From: Selaginella moellendorffii
Lineage: Eukaryota > Plantae > Lycopodiophyta
Length of the DNA stretch: 64,000 bases
Direction: 5' to 3'
Assembly (NCBI RefSeq): GCF_000143415.4
Contig: NW_003314401.1
Location: 214,148-278,147 of the forward strand
In this document: in pieces, positions 1-10,940 of the stretch
How the letters are laid out: each line of letters starts with the position of its first letter
Position numbering within the stretch: position 1 is the first letter of the stretch
Translations under genes and position numbers: made by a program
Notes under the pieces: generated by a model
Told to the model about the DNA's origin: nothing
Database searches by the model: none
What the model saw: the letters and a program-made list of their open reading frames with translations, nothing else

Positions 1-390
1 GTAGAGAAGTGAGCGTGATCGCGAGTGGGACCGCGATGCGAGCGGGAGCGCGAGTGTGATGCGAGCGCGAGCGCGAGTACAAAGCAAAATGCAAAACCTA
101 ACCTCACACGCGCGAAATGTCACAACGGTTGGTAATCCCGCCACGTCATCATTCCTCGGACTTGGGCGCCACCATTAATTTCTGGATTGCCGCGCGCATG
201 CAAGCACGCAAAATCCAAAAGAAATCCGCAACGTCATCATTCCTCGGACTGCATGCACGCGAAATCCAAAAGAAAGATCATGATTGGGATATCATTTAAT
301 ACCCTCGCTATATTTATACCATGCATGATTGGATATTCCAAAGCATCTTGTATTTCCAAAAATGGCAGATGTTCAGCTAAATAAAGAAAT

Positions 391-1795
391 TCTATCTGTT
401 TCTATTTTTCTCTCAAATCAATATTATAGCGTGTGGGCTCATGCAATTTTGAACCAAAGAAACCCAAAAAACGTTGGACCCAAAATATTTTGAAAAAACC
501 CAAAAAACCCTAAACATTTTAAACCCAAAAATCCAGGCGTCCTGTGGCGTTATTCCTTGAATGGCGTGTGGGCGCATGCCATTTTCAGGGCCAAATGCTG
601 AATGGAGAAAAATTCCCTTTCAGTGCAAATGCTGCAAGAGGCAGATGCCGAGCACAAAGGACTGTAACTACCTCACATGACACAGATAAACTTTTCTCTA
701 TTTGGCAAAGATAAACTTTATAGCGTGTGGGCTCATGCAATTTTGAACCCAAAAAATGCACCAAAAAATTCTCGGCGTCATCTGGCATTATCTCTTGAAT
801 GGCGTGGGGCCGCATGCCATTTTCAAGGGCACATAGGAGTATATTCCTAGGATATTCTGACACACGCGAGATTTTTTTGAGTTTTCTGGAGATCCAACCG
901 TTAGATCGCAACTAGATTTTACAGAATGGTATACAATGTCTTTCTTGATGACCCTGCAAAGAAGCATCTCAATCGGACACCACATGAGACCACACGAGCC
1001 TTACAATGTTTCAGGGGCATTTGCCATAGATCCGACCATTATTTTGCTCCAAGATTTCACAGTTTGGTGTGCATTGACCTTTCCATCGAAACTGCAAAGG
1101 GACATCACAATCAGATGCGGGATCACAAGAAACTAACTTCACTAACTCTGGTTTCACCAAGATCTACGTAAGGAGTTATGAAATGAAAGGACCCTCTCTA
1201 TTGAAATGTGTTTATGGTCCTAGGGGCATTGTGACATATCAAAGGATTTTGCATCAAGTTCTGTATTTGCATGTTTATCAAGCTACTGAATTGCTAAACC
1301 CTAAACCCTAAACCCTAAACCCTAAACATGTGGCAAATGCTGCGTGAAGAAAGATGCCCTTTCTGGGCAAATGCTGTAAGAGGCAGATGCCGAGCAGATG
1401 TATCTCAGGCTAGCGAAGGGGACGAACGAAAGCTAGCTATAAACATGACGGGATGCAAATAGATTACTAGGTTGGTCCTACGAAAATCAAATACCATAAT
1501 TGAAAACATTGAAAATGCAAAAAGAAAGGTTTATAATATTTTTGAATTTTAGGCAACCAAAGGAATGTAAGTAGGGCATGTGTTTGTAAGTTTAAAAATG
1601 CCTCAACCACTTAAATTCCCAAGTAAATAAAGCTGTTTCTATTTTTGGTACAGGTAAACTTTATAGCGTGTGGGCTCATGCAATTTTGAACCCAAAAATG
1701 CACCAAAAAATGCTCGACTAGCATTATTCTTTGAATGGCGTGTGGCCTTATGTCGAGCATTATTCTTTGAATGGCGTGTGGCCTTATATTGCCAT
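391..1795. repeat. Dispersed ~150-190 bp direct-repeat modules, each carrying 22-bp palindromes (transposon subterminal region)
   Basis: The block TTATAGCGTGTGGGCTCATGCAATTTTGAACC recurs at ~424, ~718 and ~1661. A related block GCAAATGCTG(C/T)AAGAGGCAGATGCCGAGCA recurs at ~625 and ~1367. Confidence 0.85.
1294..1327 (+). repeat. Interstitial plant telomeric repeat (CCCTAAA)x~5
   Basis: ctaaacc x4 plus ctaaac read directly. Confidence 0.9.
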
Positions 1796-2221
1796 AAATG
1801 GACGTACACACACAGCGTAATTATTCCTTTACACGGCGAATAATCTTGGCGCGGATCGCTGACATGGCATGGCAAAGTTCGAATCACTGACATGGCACAG
1901 CTGGATCGAGGCAAGGACATGATGTGACAAAGTTCAACCTCCGACAGCAAAGTCTAGAAGCTACTCAGTTTGAAATTTGTCAGAGGAATCATAAGATCTG
2001 GTTTGTCAGAGGATTTGATGTGACGTTCAAGCGTGTGTTATTTTTGAATTCTCGAACTCATTCCTAGGTCTATCATTTTTGTGCGCCGTGTTCTTGGTTC
2101 CGCTGAGCGCAGTGAGCGCTGCTTGTGTAAGCGGCGTTGTGGGCTGTGGTTTATGCGTCTACGAGCGGTTTCGGCATTGCGAGCGCCATTGCGAGCGGCA
2201 GTTTATGCGAGTGGCAGTTTG

Positions 2222-2291
2222 TGCGAGCGGCGCTACGAGCAGTTGCGGTGTTGCGAGCGGCGCTACGAGTAGTTGCGGTGTTGCGAGCGGC
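2222..2291 (+). repeat. 30-bp tandem repeat (2.3 copies), probably in the 5' UTR exon of the transposase
   Basis: TGCGAGCGGCGCTACGAG(C/T)AGTTGCGGTGT occurs twice plus a partial copy. A possible donor GTATGT lies at ~2347 and an acceptor TTTCAG at 2651-2656, just before the ATG. Confidence 0.7.
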
Positions 2292-2657
2292 ACTTTCTTT
2301 GGTGTGGCTACCGCTTCCTCTTGATATTCGGCACTTGTGCTTCCTGGTATGTTCACCATGGAATGACTTAGGACCACATTTAGAAATGGCATGAGGCCAC
2401 ATGCCATCTTGGGCCCTTGCAATTTCATGGCTAGCGTATTGTCATGTATGTTTTTACTTGCCTGCAGCTGTGTGTATATCAAGATGGCATGAGGCCTCAT
2501 GCCAATTTTGTGAATGCGAAATTTCACGTGGGTGTCAATAGCATGTTTGAATAATGGCATGTGGCCTCATGCTATTGAGGTTGTTTGGTATGTTATGATT
2601 TAGGCCATTCTCCAATCATTTTTTGTATGGTCTTAACTTCTTTTCTGCACTTTCAGA

Positions 2658-5600
2658 ATGGCCTTCAGGGTTGGGGAAAAGGTTTACATTTTGAATGGTG
2701 GGAAGAGAGTTGCAAAAGGGACCCTTGTGTCTATGGATCGGAACTTTGTTATACACTGTGAAAGGCTTGGGGAAGGCAATGCTGCTGTATCAGTAGAGAC
2801 TGTCTTCGATGGGAATGTGGTCGCTATTGAACGAGGAGAGATGGTCGTCGGGGTAAATGTTGTTGTTGCCTTGAAAAATCTTCAGAAGAAAGCAGATGTT
2901 GGGGACAGCGCAAGTGCGACGCATGTTCCCTCCGTGGATCTTAAGAACCGTGCTACATGGATTCAGGCAAAAGTGTTTCTAAACAACCCCGAGGGGGAGG
3001 TGGTAGCTGAGGGCTTAGCCACAGTTGTCGATCCAAGAGATGCGGTTGCTAATCAAGAATTGGGCTGGGATGATATTGGAGTTGCGATTTTAGAGGTTGT
3101 TGACACAGAAGAAAACAGTCTGACTATTGGAAGCATTGTGCGGTGGAAATTGAGGCACTTAGTGTTTGAGAATGTGAAGGATTCACAATCAAACACCACT
3201 ACAACTGACGACAGAACATCTCTTCATGGGAAAAGAAAGTACACCTTCCTAAAGCGCAGCCAAAGGGATCTGAGCAACGAACCGAAAAGGCAGAAAATGG
3301 CGATGGAGGTTCGAATGGTCTCGACAGTTGCTTGTTGCAAGAGGAGGTGCTGTCAACATGCTGATTGGGATGCTATTGAAGAGGAGAGAGCAAGATACAA
3401 GACATTGTCCTGGAAGGCAGCTCGCAATTTTGTGTATGAGGCATTACGGTCATCTGTTGATGCTTCAGAACATCAGGTGGGGGGCATGGTCTTCCAGAGG
3501 GGTTTGGTCTGCATGAAGGCATGGAGAATCATTTATGGAGTCCCTCGAAGCACATTCTACAGAATCAAAACTGAGTTCGAGGAACAAAGGGTTCAACAGG
3601 CAGTCCATGGGAACGACGGTACGCACAAAACCAAGGGTCATGTTGTATATGGAGAGGCAATCTTCAAGAGGTTTGTCGAGACATGTAGCGAGCAGCAACC
3701 ACATAAAACCCGCCTCTTGGAAGATGGAACACGAGACACCCAACGAGTTCTCCCTTCCATGTATACCAAGGGGGCCATATTGGAAGATGTGAATCGGGAA
3801 CTCCAGAGTAATGGCTACAGGAAGCTGAGCCAATCTAGATTTAGTAGATTGTGGAGCAACAGGTTCAGGGATGTGAGTATAGGAAAGTACTCCAGCTTTT
3901 CAAAGTGTGACGAGTGCACTGCTATCAAAATGGCTTTGTCGAAGAATTCTTGCAGCGCTCAAGAGCGAGAGACGTTGGTTAGAAGGCGGCTCGACCACAA
4001 CATCGAGCAGAGAAGCTGCAGGACTGCATATTATCATAACAGGATTCTCTCCATGGAGAGACCTGACTCTTACCTCTGCATCATCCACGACAAAATGGAC
4101 CAGAAAAAGACGTGCTTACCTCGACTCAATCCTGCCCCCAAGGCAATCTCTTCATCCATGCAGCTGCCTGTGTCTCTGTTTGGCATAATCGCTCATGGGC
4201 ATGGTGCCCAGAACTATGGGAACTTCTTTGTACCTCTATGGGGTGGCGGGGGTGCAAACATGATGATTGCGTCCCTAGCAAAACACTTAAGGTCTCTGCA
4301 AAGTGCGCAGACTGAGCTGAACGGCCAACCCTTGCATAAGGCCCTTGTCGATCGAACCCCATACAGGGTTCAGCTGGAGGAGGAGCAAAGGCTTGCAGTA
4401 TCGCGTGGGGCCCCATGCCATCCCAGTGAATATGTTGGCCGTCAGATTGTAGGGTTATCACGTGAGGCCTCATGCCATTCCGACGAGGCTGGTCGCCCGG
4501 TGAATGCACAGCCTCATCCAAACGAAGCAGAATCTCAAGGAAGTTCTTGCGGCCGATGTGGCCTTCCACCCCATCTTCTGCTCCAAACAGACAATGCTGG
4601 CAGTGAGAACAAAAACATGTACGTCTTCGCGTACTTGGCGATGCTTGTTGCCAAAGGCATATTTGAAACGGTTACACTTGGCTTTCTCATGGTTGGGCAC
4701 ACTCATGAAGACGTCGATGCCATGTTCAGTCACCTGGCAAAGTCCCTCCGGCGATCCAATGTCCTCACCCTCCCACAACTCTACGATGAATTCCAAAATT
4801 GCATCAAAGGCACTGTTGAAGCTGCACTTCTGACAGAGGTTCCAGACTTTAAGGGGTTTGTAAGAGGCTACATCAGGGATGGATCCGAAACGCTGATTGG
4901 CCACTCCAAGCCTCTTCAGTTTCATTTCAGCATGTGTGACGGTGCTCCAGTGATGAGGTACAAGATGAGAGAATAGGACACAGTGTGGCTGCCAGTGGAC
5001 GGCATTGAACTCTTCAAGAGAGATCCCATAACTGGGGAACCTATGATTCCTCAGGGTTCCCCACGGCCGATGCACCCGGATGGACTCAAAGACCAGGAAA
5101 GTATAGTGGCCGGGATTAGACAGCATATTGCCTTCTGGAAGAGGGGGTTGGTGTTTGGTGGAGAATCCTATTTTCAGAGGTGCAAGCCTTTGCTCGAATA
5201 CTGGGAGAAGATTATATCTGCTATCCAAAATGGGCCGGTTGTATATGAAGAATTGGAAGAGTCCTTTTGGCCAGAACCCAGAGCACCAGATAGTAGCGGA
5301 ACAATGTCCTCTGGAAATGCAGTGACAGATAACGATGTTGAGGATCACTATTGTGGGCCGAGGAACAAGAAGCCGGATTCAGCATTCAATCCAGTACAGG
5401 TCTGCAAAGGAATGGTCGTGCTTGTCAGACCCAGTAATAAAAAACAAATGATATGGGTGGGGCGCTGCATCACTGATGCAGAGGAGGACGCGGAAACTAA
5501 CTCCTTCAATGTAACTGTGGAGTGGTTCAAGCCAAGTTCCGGATATACGAAGGATTGCCTAGAAAAGAGATGGGTGCTGAATCCAAGGGATCCCAGCATG

Positions 5601-5799
5601 AGCATATCGGTGGATAATGTTGTGCATGGTTGGATGCGGAAGCAGAGTGCCACCATCACCTTGCCAGACCATGCAAGAGATGCAGCAAGAGCATTCATAA
5701 CTCGGGTTCAAGGTGAGATTCATTAATATTCCTTTACAAAGTTTCTAATGTATTTTATTTCAAGGTGAACAATCCGAATCTGAATCAGAGGAGGCTTGA
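2658..5799 (+). pseudogene. Sola1-like DDD transposase (~1030 aa) with one in-frame TAG at 4974-4976
   Basis: Motifs FSKCDEC, IIHDKMDQ, GGANMMIASL, LLLQTDNAGSENKN and FLMVGHTHEDVDAMFS. ORF 4983-5726 continues in the same frame (GAA TAG GAC ACA GTG). A predicted GT-AG intron at 5713-5764 gives a C-terminus QGEQSESESEEA* ending 5799. Confidence 0.7.
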
Positions 5800-6014
5800 T
5801 ATAGTGTGTGAGGTAAAACAAAGATGATGTGACATATGCATTTACCAATCACACGTGCATAAATCTAATAATATGGCGTGTGGCCCATATTAATGGCACA
5901 TAAACTCATATTGTGGGCTTACGTGCTTTATGTACCATCATTCCCTTGCAGCGTGTGTGTTGGTTTCCTTTTATAACACAACGAACTCCATATTTTAGGG
6001 TGAAGAGCGTTCTC

Positions 6015-6272
6015 ATGGCAAGCACAAAATCTGTAAGTGAGGCAGAAAAGGAGACGGAGAAGGAGATAGGTGAAGATGTAGAATATATAAGTCTTCCAAA
6101 CTCCCCGTACTATACTCCAGGTGATCATTTTTCTGAACAAACGGCAACATTAACAACTATCGAGAACGCCCCAGTAACGTCAGAGACAACAATCCAAAGC
6201 AAAACAACTGACCCGGAGAAGGATGATAGTACCGCTGAGAGTACCAAAAAGGAGGTGTCCACTAGCGCTTAG
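6015..6272 (+). CDS. Hypothetical 85-aa acidic, Thr/Ser-rich ORF inside the element
   Basis: ATG at 6015, acceptor-like TATTTTAG at ~5991-5998 upstream, and a palindrome copy directly after the stop. No recognisable domain. Confidence 0.3.
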   Translation: MASTKSVSEAEKETEKEIGEDVEYISLPNSPYYTPGDHFSEQTATLTTIENAPVTSETTIQSKTTDPEKDDSTAESTKKEVSTSA

Positions 6273-6932
6273 GCTTATAATGGCGTGTGCCCTCATGCCA
6301 TTTACTTGATCACCAAATACCTTTTTCCCTTTGCACTAGTATATCTTAATACCGGTCTGAGAAATAGAATGGCATGTGCCCTCAGGCCTTTTACTAAATC
6401 ACCTTTGAAAGAAATGCAAGCCTCTATGTCGTAAAAAAAAGGTACTAGAGAAATTCCTTAATAATATGAATGTTATTTAGTTTCATGAAAATACACTAAG
6501 GGTCAAATGAGTTAAATGACTTCTCCAGACTAGCAATGCCTCTTGCTACACCTTCACAATTAGATTCGTTAGAAAAAGATAACATTGAATAATATCTAAA
6601 TGTTCTCACCATTAAGTTATATGTCTGGCTAATAGGAATGATGTTCATCTTGGAAAGCTCACCACACGCTCAATGAACAAACAAATAGTGTGTGCGCGCA
6701 TGCCATCGCTCTTCTTTAGCTTCAGATTCGGCTTGTTCACCTTGACAATGAGATTTATTATACAACTAGATGGACTCAGTCTGGACATAAGGTCACCGCG
6801 CTAGTCACCATGCCCCAGATATGTCTAGCCCCTGGACAAAAAACATATAATTTCACGTCATTTTCAAATACTTGAAAATTTGTACCTAGTCCCATTTTAC
6901 TGAATAAATCCCACTTTAACGAAATAGAGCTT

Positions 6933-8310
6933 TACATTGCAATCCTGTCTCTCATAGACTAGGCCATCCATCCATGAGGGATCATCCCAGATCCACTCCT
7001 TAGCATCCTTAGGATGCTCGCAGACTTAGGGAATAACCTTCCCCAATATCTCTTTTCCGGTCCCCACCAAGTCCCTCTCTGTCGATGGCCGTGTTCACCA
7101 ACACTACCACTGGATCAAGGCCCGCAGGCCCGACCTCTAAGTCCAACTGTCCTCTGGGACTTCCTCACTGGGTGACCGTGTCCTTTGTCACCACACCAGA
7201 GGGCTACTCCTCTTCCTTTCCATAGTCTGGGACTTTGGGACAACATTTCGGAACACCGTGGCCTTACGCAAGCCTCATGGGTACTCTCCCCGCCTTTCAC
7301 CTTTAGGTGCTCTAGCCATGGGCTTAGAGCGAGGTTTCGTTGAGCCACGACAGGTATCCAAGTAGGTAGTGCCACCCACACTTGGATTGGGAGCATCGGC
7401 CAGTCGATCTCCCGGGGGAACTAAAGCCGGCTCTTGAACACTTCACCAAGCTACCCCGCTTGTCGGTCCGTGTTCACTCTAGTCTTGGACTTCCCAGTGG
7501 GCAGCTCATCACCCAACACTGGGTCCGGCCTTCCTGGGCCAAACTGGCCTTTCCTGGCCAAACTGGCTCCACTGCAGTCCTCCCCCTACTATACTTTTGG
7601 AGCTCACCAAACCCCCCAAGGTCTGGGAGACGAACGCTTTGGGCTTTCACCCTCTCAGACTCGAACTCGGACTCGACCTCGGACTCGGACTCGGACTCGG
7701 ACTTGGACTCGGATTCGGACTCGGACTCGGACTCGGCCTCGGCCCCGGTCTCGGTCTCGGTCCCGATCTCGGTCTCGGTCTCGGTCCCGGTCTCGGTCTT
7801 GGTCCCGATCTCGGTCTCGGTCTCGGTCCCGGTCTCGGTCTTGGTCCCGGTCTCGACTTCGGACTCCATCTCGGGTCCATCTCGAACTCCATCTCGGACT
7901 CCATCTCGGGTCCACCTCGGACTCCATCTCGGACTCCACCTCAGACTCCATCTCGGGTCCTTCTCGGACTCCATCTCGGACTCCATCTCGGGTCCCATCT
8001 CGGGTCCACCTCGGACTCCACCTCGAGGTCCTTCTCGGACTCCATTTCGGACTCCAACTCGAGTCGATCTCGGACACTTCCATGTGTCATGTGTTGGTCC
8101 TTTTGGGTCCCTTTTTTGGAGCCTCACTTATTGCTCTCTTTGTGCTTGTTCCTCGAGCACTTCGTTGGGAGTTCCACTCCCGCTCTCAACCTTTCAAGGC
8201 GGAGCTTTTAGTCCAAACGTGTTACGCTCGTTTGGCTTTCGCTTCGGCCACTACCACATGGCGCCCTTCCAGCACCACTTTGGGGCCTAGGGATTTTGTA
8301 TCTCACAACT
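6933..8310 (-). mobile_element. Truncated LTR, inverted copy of 10214-11665 + 19532-19547
   Basis: Reverse-complement match over ~1.4 kb, including the empty insertion site TCTATGAGAGACAGGATTGCAATGTA. Confidence 0.85.
7656..8075. repeat. Compound minisatellite in the LTR: (GACTCG)n, (GGTCTC/GGTCCC)n and 12-mer GGACTCCATCTC
   Basis: Direct reading of the tandem units. Confidence 0.9.
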
Positions 8311-10216
8311 TGCCATGAGGCAAGGCTATCAAGGTTAGGGAAGTAGTTCCCGAGTGTTCAAAGAGAGGGCTTTGAACAAAAGTTGATGGTCAAGGACTTT
8401 CACGCTTATGCAGGAACCATGTTACAGTGGTCAGAGGACTTGCGAAGTGAGATTGGCAAGTCAGGGGAACAAATACCCTAATTGAAGGTGATAACTTCAA
8501 AAAGGGTCGGCCATGGGGCCAAGCATGGAGGAGTCCATGCATGATCACAGACTTGTCAAGTGAGGGGACTTGGCAGTGTGGAGGAACCAGGTTCCTAAGC
8601 TGTGATCTGTAGCGCGGTTTAAATATAAGTTGGTGCACCGGCGTGGGGAGTCACGCCAGGCATCCTGTGTGATGCCTTCCGTAGATGCATATACGGAGGT
8701 TGGGTTCGAGTCCCGACCCTCTAGTGCTTGGGTTCGAGTCCCAAATCACTAGGGCGTGGTGATGGTTTGGAATATGAGGACACTCATATTTCGGTGGTCA
8801 TGGACTCTCAGTGGGGAGACTGGTTTGGGCACACCGCCAAGCGAGGGATGCCTCGGAGTCGTGATGCACGATTAGATTGCTTAGTGTGAAAGCTTGGCAT
8901 ATCTAACTTGAACGCTTTGGTGCAAGTGGCACCAAGGACGTGGTGAGTGAGATGGGGACACCTAATCTCAGTTGCTATGAACCCTTAGCCGTAAGGGCTG
9001 GCTTGGGTGCACCGCCAAGTGTGGGGGATGCCCCCGGGGCTATGGTCAACAACTTGAAGGTCTAGAAGACCAAATACCTTTTGGCAACTCTGTTAAGGTG
9101 CCAAGGTGAGATCACTAGATGATCTTATGGCCAAATAAGGACAAAGTCCTTGGTTGGCTAAGGAAGGAAGTTCCTGGTTCAAAATGTTGATTTGAACTAT
9201 TTAAGATGGTGTGGCTTGGTCAAAGTAATCAAGTGGGAAGGGCACCTAAGGGAAATAAGCTATGTCCGTGTGATGGCATAGTGAGTCCAAGGAAAGTAGT
9301 CTTTATAAGAGACCCATGGGAGGGTCATGAAGTTGAGCCATGGATAGAGCCCATAGTAGAAGATGCTAAAGAGACATACTAGGAGTGAACATCCTCCGGA
9401 CTTGGCAAAGAAGAGTCTTTGCTATGGAACTGAAAGGATATCTCGAAAATGGAGGTAGCGATCCTGCATTGTTGGGTGCAACAATCAAGGATAGGAGCAA
9501 AGGACTAGTGGCCAAGTTTGGGCCATGGAATTTAATGGAAGGGATCCAAATGGCAAAGTTAACCAAGGAACACTAATGTGTTTGATGCTAACGGTTTGTG
9601 GGAAAGGAAGTGGACTTCCAAGGATGGATTTCTAAGTGCTCCAATTTGGCGAAGTAAAAGCTCCAAGTGAGGGAGTGGCAAAGTAGCCAAAAGATAGGGC
9701 CGTGGACAGCCCTAGCACAAATTATGATAACCGGAACTTAGTGCCAAAGGTGGCATGAAATCGAAGAGAGGATGATGTTGTCATCGAGTAGAGGACTTCC
9801 TAAGATGGGGAAGGGGAGTTGCATGATATGTGCAATGCAAGGTGTCAAAGACACCCAGGAAATTGACTTCGAGGAGTCAAGAATTAAAAGTTCCAAAGTG
9901 CAAGGGTTATATCGATGGAAAGTGAGACAACTCGAGAATGTATAGTGGGATCGAGTTAGAGAAGGTGTCTCTAACAGGTTTAATGAAAACTAAACCAATA
10001 AAAGGAGAGAACCACCATAAGTGGTTGAATGAGCCTCTAAGTCGGGGAGGCTATGCTCCTTAGAGGATGGACAAGGCATGGTGAGCCTTTGGGGTCAAAC
10101 CATAGACAAATATTGGCTGGGTGCCAAGATGGAAATGGTAATACCTACAGGTGTTACTTTATAAAAGGGTTTACCGTTCGATGAGGACATCGAACTTCGT
10201 CTATGGGTGGTAGAGT
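8311..10216 (+). mobile_element. Decayed internal region of a Gypsy-like LTR retrotransposon
   Basis: Purine-rich with no long ORF. Ends GAGGACATCGAACTT...GGGTGGTAGAGT before TGTGAGAC, resembling the PPT-LTR junction at 18349-18380. Confidence 0.55.
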
Positions 10217-10446
10217 TGTGAGACACAAAATCCCTAGGCCCCAAAGTGGAGCCGGAAGGGCGCCACGTGGTAGTGGCCGAAGCGAAAGCCAAACGAGTGT
10301 AACACATTTGGACTAAAAGCTCTAACTTGGAAGGTCGAGAGCGGGAGTGGGACTCCCAACAAAGTGCTCGAGGAGCGAGCATGAGGCAACCAATAAACAA
10401 GGCTCCAAAAAGGGACCCAAAAAGGACCAACACATGACACGTGGAA

Positions 10447-10940
10447 GAGTCCGAGATGGACCCGAGTTGGAGTCTGAGATGGAGTCCGAGATGGAGTCCA
10501 AGATGGAATCCGAGATGGAGTCCAAGATGGAGTCTAAGATGGACCGAGACGGAGTCCGAGATGGAGTCCGAGATGGACCGAGATGGAGTCCGAGATGGAG
10601 TCTGAGGTGGACCGAGACGGAGTCTGAGATGGATTCCGAGATGGACCCGAGATGGAGTCCAAGATGGAGTCCGAGATGGACCCGAGATGGAGTCCGAGAT
10701 GGAGTCCGAGATGGACCCGAGATGGAGCCCGAGATGGAGTCTAAGATGGACCCGAGATGGAGTCTGAGATGGAGTCTGAGATGGACCCGAGATGGAGTCC
10801 GAAGTCGAGACCGGGACCGGGACCGAGACCGGGACCGAGACCGGGACCGAGACCGAGATCGGGACCGAGACCGAGACCAAGGCCGAGTCCGAATCCGAGT
10901 CTGAGTCCGAGTCCGAGTCTGAGTCCGAGTCCGAGTCTGA
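10447..10940. repeat. Compound minisatellite in the LTR (GAGATGGAGTCC, GACCGA/GACCGG, GAGTCC units)
   Basis: Reverse complement of the 7656-8075 array with different unit copy numbers. Confidence 0.9.

Larger units (their letters stand above)
426..6744 (+). mobile_element. Putative Sola1-like DNA transposon; boundaries undefined and left end possibly outside the window
   Basis: Transposase-like ORF with ~16 copies of a 22-bp palindrome on both sides. No TIR or TSD could be fixed. Confidence 0.6.

Noticed and set aside
142-158. 17-mer CACGTCATCATTCCTCG also found at 36218-36234
   Set aside because: One 17-bp match in 64 kb is within chance expectation and the flanks do not align.
426-2575. 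Palindromic repeats as a CRISPR-like array
   Set aside because: Spacing is irregular (about 35-860 bp), intervening DNA is itself repeated, there are no cas genes and the context is eukaryotic.
7382-8318. Long RS/SD/GL-repeat ORFs (and mirrors at 10095-11232) as SR-like proteins
   Set aside because: They are by-products of stop-free hexamer repeats inside an LTR and appear in several frames.
8698-8745. tRNA gene
   Set aside because: Only T-loop-like motifs are present; I could not build a cloverleaf.
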